A DNA stretch of 64,000 nt, taken from the NCBI GenBank assembly GCA_964475405.1, contig CAYYWX010000001.1, positions 6,333-70,332 of the forward strand. Reading direction: 5' to 3'. The position numbers and the translations under genes are program-made. Source of the stretch: an uncultured Verrucomicrobiota bacterium (lineage in GTDB: Bacteria; Verrucomicrobiota; Kiritimatiellia; JAAZAB01). Shown here piece by piece: positions 51,995-61,037 of this stretch. How positions within the stretch are numbered: position 1 is the first letter of the stretch; the number at the start of each line of letters is the position of its first letter. The notes beneath the pieces were generated by a model. It did not search any database. It saw only the letters and a program-made list of their open reading frames with translations, and was not told where the DNA came from.

Positions 51995-53413
51995 ATGAAA
52001 AAAAACAGATTCGCGTTATTTTTCGGCAACCGCGCTTTTTTCCCCGCCAGCCTGATGAAGGAGGCGCGCGAGCAGCTCCCGGCGGTCTTGAAGGAAATGG
52101 GATATGAAAGCCTGATGATGGACGCCCGCACCACGCCGCACGGCGCGGTGGAAACATTCCGCGAAGGGAAAATCTTTGCCGAATTCCTGAAAAAAAACCG
52201 GGGGAAATACGACGGCATCATCATCTGCCTGCCGAATTTCGGCGATGAAAACGGCGCCCTGGCCGCGATGCGGGATGAAGACGTCCCGATCCTCGTCATG
52301 GCCTACCCGGACGAGCTTGACAAACTCGGGCCGGCCGCGCGGCGCGACGCCTTCTGCGGCAAGCTCTCGGTCATGGACGTCTTTTACCAGGCCGGGATCA
52401 AATTCACCGCCCTCGCGCCGCACACGGTCCACCCGCAATCCGGCCGGTTCGGCGAGAACATGGATTATTTCGCGCGGGTCTGCCGGGTCGTCAACGGCGT
52501 CAGGGGCATGGTGCTCGGCGCGATCGGCGCGCGGACAACGCCCTTCAAGACCGTCCGCTTTGACGAGACCTGCCTGCAGAAAAACGACATCACCGTTGAA
52601 ACGTTCGACCTTTCGATGGTGATGCGGATGATCGCCTCCACGTCGCTCGCCTCCCCCCGGGCAAAGGCCGCCGCCAAACTTCTCGCCAATTACTCGTCCT
52701 GGCAGGGCGTCCCCCGGAAAGCCTTTGATAACAGCGTGAAGCTGGCGCTCGTCCTGGATGACATGATCAAGGACTCCGAGCTGGACGCGATTGCCCTTCG
52801 GTGCTGGACCGAATTCCAGGTTGAACTCGGTATTTCGCCCTGCGTGGTCATGAGCATGCTCAACAACCGCGGCACGGTGGCCGCCTGCGAGGTGGATGTC
52901 GGCAGCGCCATCATGATGCGCGCGCTCGGCCTGGCTTCCGACGGCATTTCGGCCTGCCTGGACTGGAACAATAATTACGGGGATGAGGACGACAAGTGCA
53001 TCCTGTTCCATTGCGGCCCCATCCCGGCCGCCATGATGCAGGGCGCGGGCCGGGTGGCGGACCACGCGATCATCGCCAATTCCATCGGCAAGGGACGCAG
53101 CTTCGGCTGCAATGTCGGGCGCATCGCGCCCGGCGATTGCACCTTCGGCACCTTGCTGACCGACGGCGGCAAGATAAAATGCTGCCTGGGCGAGGGCGCT
53201 TTCACCGACGACGCCATACCGCCCGAGTTTTTCGGCTGCGCCGGCGTGGTTGAAATCGAAAACCTGCAGCAGGTCATGCTCCACCTCGGGCAAAACGGCT
53301 ACCGCCATCACGTCAGCGTCGCGCGCGGGCATGTGGCCGCCCCGGCCCGCGAGGCCCTCGGCCGCTACCTCGGATTTGAGGTTGCGCAGCCCCAAAATAT
53401 CCAGTATAAGTAA
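51995..53413 (+). CDS. L-fucose/L-arabinose isomerase family protein (short FucI-like)
   Basis: N-terminal Rossmann-like segment (RFALFFGNRAFFPASLMKEAREQL...GIIICLPNFGDE) and C-terminal substrate-binding domain architecture of the fucose isomerase family. Confidence 0.55.
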   Translation: MKKNRFALFFGNRAFFPASLMKEAREQLPAVLKEMGYESLMMDARTTPHGAVETFREGKIFAEFLKKNRGKYDGIIICLPNFGDENGALAAMRDEDVPILVMAYPDELDKLGPAARRDAFCGKLSVMDVFYQAGIKFTALAPHTVHPQSGRFGENMDYFARVCRVVNGVRGMVLGAIGARTTPFKTVRFDETCLQKNDITVETFDLSMVMRMIASTSLASPRAKAAAKLLANYSSWQGVPRKAFDNSVKLALVLDDMIKDSELDAIALRCWTEFQVELGISPCVVMSMLNNRGTVAACEVDVGSAIMMRALGLASDGISACLDWNNNYGDEDDKCILFHCGPIPAAMMQGAGRVADHAIIANSIGKGRSFGCNVGRIAPGDCTFGTLLTDGGKIKCCLGEGAFTDDAIPPEFFGCAGVVEIENLQQVMLHLGQNGYRHHVSVARGHVAAPAREALGRYLGFEVAQPQNIQYK

Positions 53414-53494
53414 CACATAATTTCGCGCCGGCCTTTGCCCGGGCGGACAAGGCCGGGGCGCGAGCCGGCTTTTTCGGGAAGGATGTAAAAAGCG

Positions 53495-53797
53495 ATGCCG
53501 ACCTACGAATATGAATGTAAAAAATGCAAGCGCACCTTTGACGTGTTTCAGAGCATAACTGCCAAGCGCCTGCAGAAATGCCCGCAGTGCAAGGGCGCCG
53601 TGCATCGGCTGATCGGGCGGGGCGCCGGCATTATTTTCAAGGGCAGCGGTTTTTACCAGACCGACTACCGCAGCGATAATTACAAAAAAGGGGCGGCCGC
53701 GGACAGGAAAAGCACGGAGCCGGCCGCCGCCGCGGAGACCAAAAAAGGCCCCGCGAAAAAAGAAAAAAGCGCAACCCATGAAAAACATGCCAAATAA
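53495..53797 (+). CDS. FmdB-family zinc-ribbon putative regulatory protein
   Basis: MPTYEYECKKCKRTFDVFQSITAKRLQKCPQCKGAVHRLI gives a CxxC...CxxC zinc ribbon at the N-terminus. Confidence 0.8.
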   Translation: MPTYEYECKKCKRTFDVFQSITAKRLQKCPQCKGAVHRLIGRGAGIIFKGSGFYQTDYRSDNYKKGAAADRKSTEPAAAAETKKGPAKKEKSATHEKHAK

Positions 53798-54518
53798 CAC
53801 GACGGTCAAATGCGCCAAGTGCGGTTTTGAAAATCCGCCCGGGCATCTTTACTGCACAAGATGCAAGGCCAAGCTGAATCTGGACCAAATTTCCAGCGAG
53901 TCTTTTTTAAAATCCGGACAACAAGCCGATTTGCGCCGGCAAATATTGCAGTCAATCCTCCTGGTAATCATCGTCTGCTTCGCCCTGGCTTTCTGGCCGG
54001 TTCAAATCGACACCGTGGCAATGTCCGGGACCGAATTCGCCAAGGCGCGGAACAAATTGACGCAACTGCAGCAGGGGGTGGCGGTGGGCGCGGTCGAGTT
54101 TTCCGAAAAGGAAGTAAACATGCTTTTCAACCACCTGCTCCAGGAAAACCGCCGCCGGCCGGACTACGCCGCGGGCAACTTCTCGGTCTACGCCAGCCAG
54201 GTGATCATCAACCCGAACACATTGACCATTTACCTTAATTACCAGGTCGGCCCCTGGGTGCTGGACCCGATCACCATCGGCCCGTTCTGGCTGTCGTACA
54301 AAGTAACCGGGCGCCCTGAAAAAAGTCCGGACGGCCTGCGCTTCGCCGCGCTCAGCGGCGCCCTGGGCCACCTGCCCCTGCCGCTCCTCGGCGGCAACAT
54401 CGGGGCAACGCGCCTGAAAAGGCTTTTTGGCCCCTTTAAAAACGCGCGCGAACTGCTCGGGCGGCTCGAGGTGACGGAAATGAAAAAAGAGGGCATCACG
54501 GTCTCCAACGCCAAATAA
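53778..54518 (+). CDS. Zinc-ribbon-containing single-pass membrane protein, function unknown
   Basis: N-terminal CxxC-x13-CxxC (VKCAKCGFENPPGHLYCTRCKAKL), one TM (ILLVIIVCFALAFWPV), then a ~170-aa extracytoplasmic domain. Overlaps the FmdB-like gene end; the start may be 53787. Confidence 0.5.
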   Translation: MKNMPNNTTVKCAKCGFENPPGHLYCTRCKAKLNLDQISSESFLKSGQQADLRRQILQSILLVIIVCFALAFWPVQIDTVAMSGTEFAKARNKLTQLQQGVAVGAVEFSEKEVNMLFNHLLQENRRRPDYAAGNFSVYASQVIINPNTLTIYLNYQVGPWVLDPITIGPFWLSYKVTGRPEKSPDGLRFAALSGALGHLPLPLLGGNIGATRLKRLFGPFKNARELLGRLEVTEMKKEGITVSNAK

Positions 54519-54540
54519 CAGCACAAGGAAGGAAAACAAA

Positions 54541-55923
54541 TTGAAGCGCTCACACAAAACAACCGTGGGATTGATCAACGCCGACACGCTCGCCTTCACG
54601 GCCGGCAAGGACCCTGACCTGGACCGGCGCCTGATCGTCGCCGACTGCATCGGCTCCGCCGCGCACGCCGCGATGCTCGCCGGCCTCTCCATCAAGCCGA
54701 AGCTGATCACGCCGGCCGAAAAAAAACGCCTGGTAGCCGAACTGGTCAACATAATCCGCCGGGCCCGGAAGGGTGCTTTCAAAATAACGCTCCGGGACCA
54801 GGACGCGCACCTTGCCATTGAAAGGACCCTGACGGAAAAGCTGGGAAATATCGGCAAAAAAATCCATACCGGCCGCAGCCGCAACGACCAGGTCGCCCTG
54901 GCCCTGCGCCTCTACGGCAAGGAGCAATTGCCGGCCATGGCCGGCGAGATTTTCCGCCTGTGCGGCGCGCTCCTGCGGCTGGCCAAGCGCGAGAAAATGA
55001 CGCCGATGGTCGGCCGGACCCACCTGCAGCCGGCCATGCCGAGCAGCGTCGGGTTATGGGCCTCGGCTTATGTTGAAGGATTGCTGGAGGACGCCGAGCT
55101 GCTGAAAAACGCCCTTGTCCTGAACGACCGTTGTCCGCTCGGGTCGGCCGCCGGCTACGGGGTGCCGCTCGCGATTGACCGCCAGAAAACGTCGGACCTG
55201 CTCGGGTTCAGCCGGCCGATTCACAACGTGCTCCACGCGGGCAATACCCGCGGTAAAATGGAAAGCATCATCCTCGCCGCGGCCGGCCAGCTGATGGTCA
55301 CCCTTTCGCGCCTCGCCCAGGACCTGGTCATTTTCACCATGCCGGAATTCAACTATTTCGGCCTGCCGGCGGAAATGTGCACCGGCAGCAGCATCATGCC
55401 GCAGAAAAAAAACCCGGACATCCTTGAGCTGGTCCGCGCCAAGGCCGCGCGCGTTTGCGCCCAGGCTTCCGGCACGCTTGAAATCATACGCGCCCTGCCC
55501 TCCGGCTACAACCGCGACCTGCAGGAAACCAAGGAACCGTTCCTGGAAGGCCTGGCCACGACCCGCGAGAGCCTGCACGTCATGGCCATGCTTGTTGAAA
55601 ACATCAAGGTCAACCGGGAAGCCCTCCTGGCCGGCTTCCGGCCGGAAGTTTTCGCCGCCGATTACGCGCTGGCCCTGGCCGGCAAGGGCATGCCTTTCCG
55701 CGACGCCTACCGCTACACCAAGGACCATCTGCACGAGCTCGCAAGCATGGATCCCCGGGAGGCCATCCGCCGCAAACGGCACCTCGGGGCGACCGCCGGC
55801 CTGGATCTCAACCTGCTCGGCAAGCGCCTGGCAAAGGAACAGAAATATTTCAGGAACGAAAAAAACCGTCATGACCGCGCCGTTTCCCGCCTGCTCGGCG
55901 TTAAATATCCGGTAAAAAAATGA
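54541..55923 (+). CDS. argH: Argininosuccinate lyase
   Basis: Fumarate-lyase signature GSSIMPQKKNPD and an ArgH N-terminal region (GSAAHAAMLAGL). Apparent TTG start preceded by AAGGAAGG. Confidence 0.85.
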   Translation: MKRSHKTTVGLINADTLAFTAGKDPDLDRRLIVADCIGSAAHAAMLAGLSIKPKLITPAEKKRLVAELVNIIRRARKGAFKITLRDQDAHLAIERTLTEKLGNIGKKIHTGRSRNDQVALALRLYGKEQLPAMAGEIFRLCGALLRLAKREKMTPMVGRTHLQPAMPSSVGLWASAYVEGLLEDAELLKNALVLNDRCPLGSAAGYGVPLAIDRQKTSDLLGFSRPIHNVLHAGNTRGKMESIILAAAGQLMVTLSRLAQDLVIFTMPEFNYFGLPAEMCTGSSIMPQKKNPDILELVRAKAARVCAQASGTLEIIRALPSGYNRDLQETKEPFLEGLATTRESLHVMAMLVENIKVNREALLAGFRPEVFAADYALALAGKGMPFRDAYRYTKDHLHELASMDPREAIRRKRHLGATAGLDLNLLGKRLAKEQKYFRNEKNRHDRAVSRLLGVKYPVKK

Positions 55924-56015
55924 AGAATGCTGAATGATGAATGCAGAAAAAGAGTTCTTAAAACCTGTGTTCATTTTTTATTCTTCGTTTTTCATTCGGC
56001 ATTCTTAATTTTCCC

Positions 56016-56738
56016 ATGACAACGGCCATAGAAATACGGGACCTGACGGTTGAATTCCAGGCGCGCGGCAAAGTCGTGCCGGCTTTGCAGAAACTTAATT
56101 TAAGCGTGGCGCAGGGCGAAGTGTATGGATTTATCGGGCCGAACGGCGCCGGCAAAACCACGACCATGCATGTCCTGCTCGGCTTCATTGAAGCCACCGC
56201 GGGCACGGCGGCGATCTTCGGCGAGGATGTCCGCCGCTCAATCGCCCGCCAGCGGATCGGTTACATGCCGGAGAACCCGCAAATGTACCGCTTCCTGACC
56301 GGGCGCGAACTGCTGGTCATGGCCGGGCAGCTCTTCGGGATGCGCGGCCGCCCCCTCGCCGACAAGGCCGCGGAACTCATCGACCGGATCGGACTTTCCG
56401 GCGCGGCCGACCGTAAAATCGCCGGGTATTCGCGGGGCATGATGCAGCGCATCGCGCTGGCGCAGGCCCTGGTTAACGACCCGGACCTGGTCATCCTGGA
56501 CGAGCCGACGGGCGGGTTTGACCCGATCGGCCGGATTGAGATCCGCAAAATAATCTCCGGCCTGCGCGCCGCCGGCAAAACCGTTTTCTTTTCCTCCCAT
56601 GAGCTTTCGGAAGTTGAACGGGTTTGCGACCGCGTGGGGATCATCGCCCGGGGCCGCCTCATTGCCGACGGCCATGTTTCCCAACTGGCCGGGGCGGGTG
56701 AGACCCTCGAGCAATACTTCGTGAGGATATTGTCATGA
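56016..56738 (+). CDS. ABC transporter ATP-binding protein
   Basis: Walker A GPNGAGKTT, ABC signature YSRGMMQRIALA, and Walker B LVILDEPTGGFD. Confidence 0.85.
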   Translation: MTTAIEIRDLTVEFQARGKVVPALQKLNLSVAQGEVYGFIGPNGAGKTTTMHVLLGFIEATAGTAAIFGEDVRRSIARQRIGYMPENPQMYRFLTGRELLVMAGQLFGMRGRPLADKAAELIDRIGLSGAADRKIAGYSRGMMQRIALAQALVNDPDLVILDEPTGGFDPIGRIEIRKIISGLRAAGKTVFFSSHELSEVERVCDRVGIIARGRLIADGHVSQLAGAGETLEQYFVRILS

Positions 56739-57520
56739 GACGCATTTTTATCATCGCCCGCGCGGTCTGGATTGAAACCATCCGCCGTAAAGACCTGTAT
56801 GTCCTCGCGATCCTGCTGCTCGCCTTCCTCGCGGCGCTCATGACCCTGAACATATTCGGGATGCGGAGCCTGGTCGGCTATATCAAGGAGGCCGGGCTGC
56901 TCCTGGCCTGGGTATTTGCCTGGATCCTGGCCATCGGCGTGAGCGTGCGCCAGCTGCCGCAGGAGGAAAAAACGGGCACGATCTTCCCGCTGCTGGCTAA
57001 GCCGGTCAGGCGTTCCGAGCTGATCATCGGCAAATGGCTCGGGGCCTGGGGGATCGCGGGCGCCGCCACGATGCTTTTTTATATCCTCCTGGCCGGCATC
57101 GTGGTCGCGCGGGGCGGCAACTTCAATCCGGCGCTGACGATCCAAGCCTGGACATTGCATTTTTGCTTCATCGGGATCCTGGCGGCCATGGGGATTCTTT
57201 TCACGACCAGGTTGAACGGCGACGCGGCCGCGACCCTGGCCGGCGTCGTGAGCGTCTCCGCCTTCCTGCTCCTGCCGCAGGTGCCGCAGATGTCCGGCGA
57301 CCTGAGCGGCTGGCGGAAGGAAGGCCTTTTCGTCATTTATTACGCCCTGCCCCACCTGGAACTCTTTGACCTGCGCCTGCGCCTGGTGCATGACTGGGAA
57401 ACCATGCGCCTTGAACCGTTCCTGATGATTATTTGCTACGGCCTGCTGACGATGGCCGTTCTCCTGCTGCTGGGCTGGCTGGCTTACCGCACAAAACGGT
57501 TCAACCGTGACGCGCTTTGA
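56735..57520 (+). CDS. ABC-2 type transporter permease
   Basis: Six TM helices. ATGA-type overlap with the ATPase gene. Confidence 0.7.
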   Translation: MRRIFIIARAVWIETIRRKDLYVLAILLLAFLAALMTLNIFGMRSLVGYIKEAGLLLAWVFAWILAIGVSVRQLPQEEKTGTIFPLLAKPVRRSELIIGKWLGAWGIAGAATMLFYILLAGIVVARGGNFNPALTIQAWTLHFCFIGILAAMGILFTTRLNGDAAATLAGVVSVSAFLLLPQVPQMSGDLSGWRKEGLFVIYYALPHLELFDLRLRLVHDWETMRLEPFLMIICYGLLTMAVLLLLGWLAYRTKRFNRDAL

Positions 57521-58421
57521 TAAAATGCGGAATGAAGAATGTAGAATGCAAAATATGGCAAAGCCCTTATCATCCGGCTTTACAACCTTGCGCGCGGTGC
57601 TGAACATTTTCGCGCTCTGGGGATTTGCCTTCGCGCTCGCCTGCCGCCTCCTGAGCATGCCGGACGACCAGAATAACAACAACGCCGGCCTCGCCGCCAA
57701 AATGCTCGGCGGCATCCGTTACGAAATCAGCGGTGATTTTTTTGAACGGGCCGACCTGGTTTTTCACAAGGGGGTCGGCCATGCCCCGCCCCGGGAAACC
57801 AACCCGGACTGGTTCGCCCGGATGCGCGGGCAGTTGGCGCCTTACGGCCACTATCACCTGCACCAGGAGGGCATCATGGAAATCATGCCCTGGCTTTATT
57901 TCGCGACCCGCGCCGATGCCGGCAATGTCACCGCCTACACGGTGGCCGCCTACTGGCTGGCCGGCGAAGCGAACCGGCCCGACCTGGCGGAACAGGTGTT
58001 GAACGAGGCCTTGCGAAATAATCCGGCCGATTACCGCGTTTACATGGAAAAGGGGCGCCTCGCGATGAAGGAAGGCAAATATAACAAGGCGGCGCGTTAC
58101 CTGGACGCGGCCTACGCCCGCCTGCCGGACACGAGCCGGATTGACAAGGATCATCCGCCGGCGGCCGGCGATAAGGATCAGATACTCTTTGATCGCGCCG
58201 AAATACTTCTCCATCGCGGGCTGATCCATGAAATCCAGGGCAGCCCGGAAAGCGCCCTGCGCTGTTACCGGGAAACGACACAATTATTTCCCGGACGCTT
58301 GAATCTCAAGGAAAGAATGCTAGACTTGGAGAAAAGCGGGCGATCGCGCATTCCGCCGGAACAGATGGCCGCGACCCTGCTCTTTCAACGCCGCTTCGTG
58401 TGCGCGGAAGATGAAGATTGA
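57507..58421 (+). CDS. Hypothetical membrane-anchored TPR-like protein
   Basis: One N-terminal TM (LNIFALWGFAFALACRLL), then TPR-like helices (ALRNNPADYRVYMEKGRLAMKEGKYNKAARYLDAAYARLP). Start ambiguous between several in-frame Met. Confidence 0.5.
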   Translation: MTRFDKMRNEECRMQNMAKPLSSGFTTLRAVLNIFALWGFAFALACRLLSMPDDQNNNNAGLAAKMLGGIRYEISGDFFERADLVFHKGVGHAPPRETNPDWFARMRGQLAPYGHYHLHQEGIMEIMPWLYFATRADAGNVTAYTVAAYWLAGEANRPDLAEQVLNEALRNNPADYRVYMEKGRLAMKEGKYNKAARYLDAAYARLPDTSRIDKDHPPAAGDKDQILFDRAEILLHRGLIHEIQGSPESALRCYRETTQLFPGRLNLKERMLDLEKSGRSRIPPEQMAATLLFQRRFVCAEDED

Positions 58422-58454
58422 TGCTGGTTAACAAAGGGCTACGGGAAAACAGAA

Positions 58455-59264
58455 ATGTATCTTGAATATTACGGACTGAAAGAGGCGCCTTTCAACCTGA
58501 CGCCGGACCCCAGGTTCCTGTTCTTCACCCATAACCACCGCGAGGCGTTTGACCACATGGTTTACGGCATAGAAAACCGGAAAGGGTTCGTGGAATTGAC
58601 CGGCGAAGTCGGGGCGGGCAAGACCACCATCTGCCGCGCGGTCCTGGCCGCCTTGAAGCGCAGCATAAAGACTTCGCTGATTTTCAACCCGTTCCTGACC
58701 GAGAACCAGCTCCTGCGCTCAATCCTGAAGGATTTCGGCATCACGATCAAGGGCCGCGACCGCCTGGCGCACATTGAAACCCTGAACGCTTTTTTGCTGG
58801 ACAATTTAAATTCCGGCAATAATGTTGCCTTGATCATTGATGAGGCCCAGAATTTGAGCCCGGCCGTGCTGGAGCAGGTGCGATTGCTTTCCAACCTGGA
58901 GACGGACCAGCATAAGCTGCTGCAAATCGTTCTCTGCGGCCAGCCGGAACTGAGACAACGGCTGGCGGCGCCCGATTTGCGCCAGCTGCGCCAGCGGATA
59001 AGCGTCCGGTATCATCTTTTGCCCTTGAACGAGAAGGAAACGGCGCAGTATATTGAACACCGCCTGAAAATGGCGGGATGGGAAAACGGTCAATTGTTCG
59101 CGGCCGACGCCATACGCCGGATTCATCATTACGCGCGCGGCATACCGCGCCTGATAAATTCGGTTTGTGATATTTCCCTGCTTGCCGGCTACGTGGCAAG
59201 CGCCGCGATTGTTAACGCCGATTGTGTCAACAAAGCCATCAAGCAACTGGAAGGTCAGCCATGA
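58455..59264 (+). CDS. ExeA/GspA-like AAA ATPase (secretion/pilus accessory ATPase)
   Basis: MYLEYYGLKEAPFNLTPDPRFLFFTHNHREAF is the characteristic ExeA N-terminus. Walker A GEVGAGKTT and Walker B ALIIDEAQNL. Confidence 0.75.
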   Translation: MYLEYYGLKEAPFNLTPDPRFLFFTHNHREAFDHMVYGIENRKGFVELTGEVGAGKTTICRAVLAALKRSIKTSLIFNPFLTENQLLRSILKDFGITIKGRDRLAHIETLNAFLLDNLNSGNNVALIIDEAQNLSPAVLEQVRLLSNLETDQHKLLQIVLCGQPELRQRLAAPDLRQLRQRISVRYHLLPLNEKETAQYIEHRLKMAGWENGQLFAADAIRRIHHYARGIPRLINSVCDISLLAGYVASAAIVNADCVNKAIKQLEGQP

Positions 59265-60028
59265 GCCTGCTGCAGGAAGCCCTGAAGAGAAAAGAAGAGG
59301 ATAATTCCCAATCCAGGCCGGAGGCGGGGAGCGCGGAAACTATGTCCCCACCCGTTGCCGGACAACAGGCGGATGCGCTCCAAAACTCCGGCGCCGCGCC
59401 GGATGCTCCCCCGCAATCAATGCCGGTTGCGGAACAAACCCCGGCCGCACCGGGGCATGGAATGCGCAAATCACCGACACTCTGGATCATCGTGGCGGTA
59501 ATTGCCGTTTCCGCGATGGCAATCACGGCGGGAATAGCATTCCGATTTTCGCGCGTTTCTCCGTCGGCCAAGGCAAAAGCAGCCCAGCAGGCCGGGCCGG
59601 CCAAGGCCGCCGCCGTTGCCGCCCCCGGCACCAACCTGCCGGCCGGCCAGCCTTTGCCGGTCACCGCCCCCGGGACCAAACCGGAATCGGCCGGCGCCGC
59701 GCCCGCACCGGCGCAAAACGCGGAAACAAACGCCGTCCGGCCGCAGCCGGCCGCAACCGCCGAAAGCAAACCTGCGACGGCCAAGCCGGCCTTCTCCAGA
59801 TCCAAGGCGCCGGCAGCATCCCAGGCCGCCAGATGGCCGACGTTGAAACTGACCGGCATCCTGCGCGGCACCGGGAAAACGGAAAGCTCGGCTTTCATCA
59901 ACGGCAAACTGGTCAGCGCGGGGCAAACCATCGCGGAGGTGACCGTCGTCGAAATCCAGGCGGACGGCATTATCCTGAAATACGGGAATGAGAGCAGGTT
60001 TTTGAGGGTTGGCGCGACCTCTTACTGA
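59261..60028 (+). CDS. Proline/alanine-rich single-TM protein, GspB/ExeB-like partner of ExeA
   Basis: Start overlaps the ExeA-like stop (ATGA). One TM (LWIIVAVIAVSAMAITAGIAF), a long P/A-rich linker, and a C-terminal ~60-aa domain (PTLKLTGILRG...IAEVTVVEIQADGIILKYGNESRFLRV) of GspB-like type. Confidence 0.5.
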   Translation: MSLLQEALKRKEEDNSQSRPEAGSAETMSPPVAGQQADALQNSGAAPDAPPQSMPVAEQTPAAPGHGMRKSPTLWIIVAVIAVSAMAITAGIAFRFSRVSPSAKAKAAQQAGPAKAAAVAAPGTNLPAGQPLPVTAPGTKPESAGAAPAPAQNAETNAVRPQPAATAESKPATAKPAFSRSKAPAASQAARWPTLKLTGILRGTGKTESSAFINGKLVSAGQTIAEVTVVEIQADGIILKYGNESRFLRVGATSY

Positions 60029-60874
60029 TCAGGCCTTGGCCGGCGCTTCTTCGGTCAGCAGTTTTTTCGCCTTGATAAGCGCAGTGTCAAAATCATCCGG
60101 CGCCACAAGAAAATAGTGGCAGTCCCGGCCGGTCAGTCCGGTCACATCCATCTTCAACTGGTCGTCATACGGATTAAGCAGCGCCACGAGCACGTCGTTC
60201 CCGATTGTGTCAAATATAAGCACGCCGCGGTTTACCATATATTCCATGGAAAGCAGGGCAACGATGTTTTTCTGGAGTTCAAAGCTGGCCAGGCAGATCA
60301 TGGGCGCATTGCAGGCGGTCGACACGAAACCCATAATATCGCTCATGCCCGGGAAATGGCGGTCATGCAAGGCATGCAGGGTTGAGACGGGAACTTCGCT
60401 GGCCCGGCCGGAATTTTCGGACAAGTCGCGCACGATCAACGAGTAATCCTCCTGGGTGAGTTTCTTGGCCTGGAGAAGATTCCAGGCGAAGGAAATTTCG
60501 GCGGCTATATGCCCCTGGCGGCTGGCGATGGTTTCCCCGCTGTCAATGACGACCGCCATCACTTTTTTGGACTGCAGATTTTCCAGGCGGGCGATCGCGT
60601 CCTTGACATTCTGGCCGGGATTGGCGGCCTCCCGCAGCTTGGACAAGATCACCTCGGCCGCATCCTCGTCGCCTTCATCCGCCACCACCCCGGCCAGGCG
60701 CAGTAAATAATCATTGGCGCGGGTGTGGTCGCCGATTTTTTCGTAGGCATCGGCCAGGGTTTCGAGCGAAAACCGGTCGCCAGGCATCACTTCAAGAATT
60801 TTTTCAAACTGCCCGATTGCGTTCCAGATTTCCGATTCCGTCTGGCTTAATTCCCCGGATGGTTTTTTGCTCAT
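60029..60874 (-). CDS. Protein with type II secretion E N-terminal-like (GspE_N/T2SE_Nter) domains only; no ATPase domain
   Basis: The C-terminal segment (VLVALLNPYDDQLKMDVTGLTGRDCHYFLVAPDDFDTALIKA) matches the GspE N-domain consensus pattern. The track start (TTG at 60895) was replaced by the ATG at 60874. Encoded opposite to the flanking secretion genes. Confidence 0.5.
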   Translation of the reverse strand: MSKKPSGELSQTESEIWNAIGQFEKILEVMPGDRFSLETLADAYEKIGDHTRANDYLLRLAGVVADEGDEDAAEVILSKLREAANPGQNVKDAIARLENLQSKKVMAVVIDSGETIASRQGHIAAEISFAWNLLQAKKLTQEDYSLIVRDLSENSGRASEVPVSTLHALHDRHFPGMSDIMGFVSTACNAPMICLASFELQKNIVALLSMEYMVNRGVLIFDTIGNDVLVALLNPYDDQLKMDVTGLTGRDCHYFLVAPDDFDTALIKAKKLLTEEAPAKA

Positions 60875-61037
60875 GCAGCGCCCTTGGTCATGCAAAAAAA
60901 ATGTTGTTATTTAATATTTATTAAACTATGATAATATTGTTTTAAAAATTAGCAACACCTAAAAAACTAAATAGTGCGTTATTATCCGGCGGGATGATTC
61001 CGGCGGGCGGAGTCCTTGCCGGCAACAGGGGCTAGAC

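Noticed and set aside
52016-53818. 600-aa minus-strand ORF antisense to the fucose-isomerase-like and FmdB-like genes
   Set aside because: It spans two independently supported plus-strand genes and an intergenic region, and it has extreme Arg/Ala/Gly composition with no motifs. It is an antisense artefact.
56261-57715. 484-aa minus-strand ORF antisense to the ABC ATPase/permease genes
   Set aside because: The plus-strand genes carry unmistakable Walker A/ABC-signature/Walker B motifs and six-TM permease topology. The minus ORF is low-complexity and rich in Arg/Gln/Pro.
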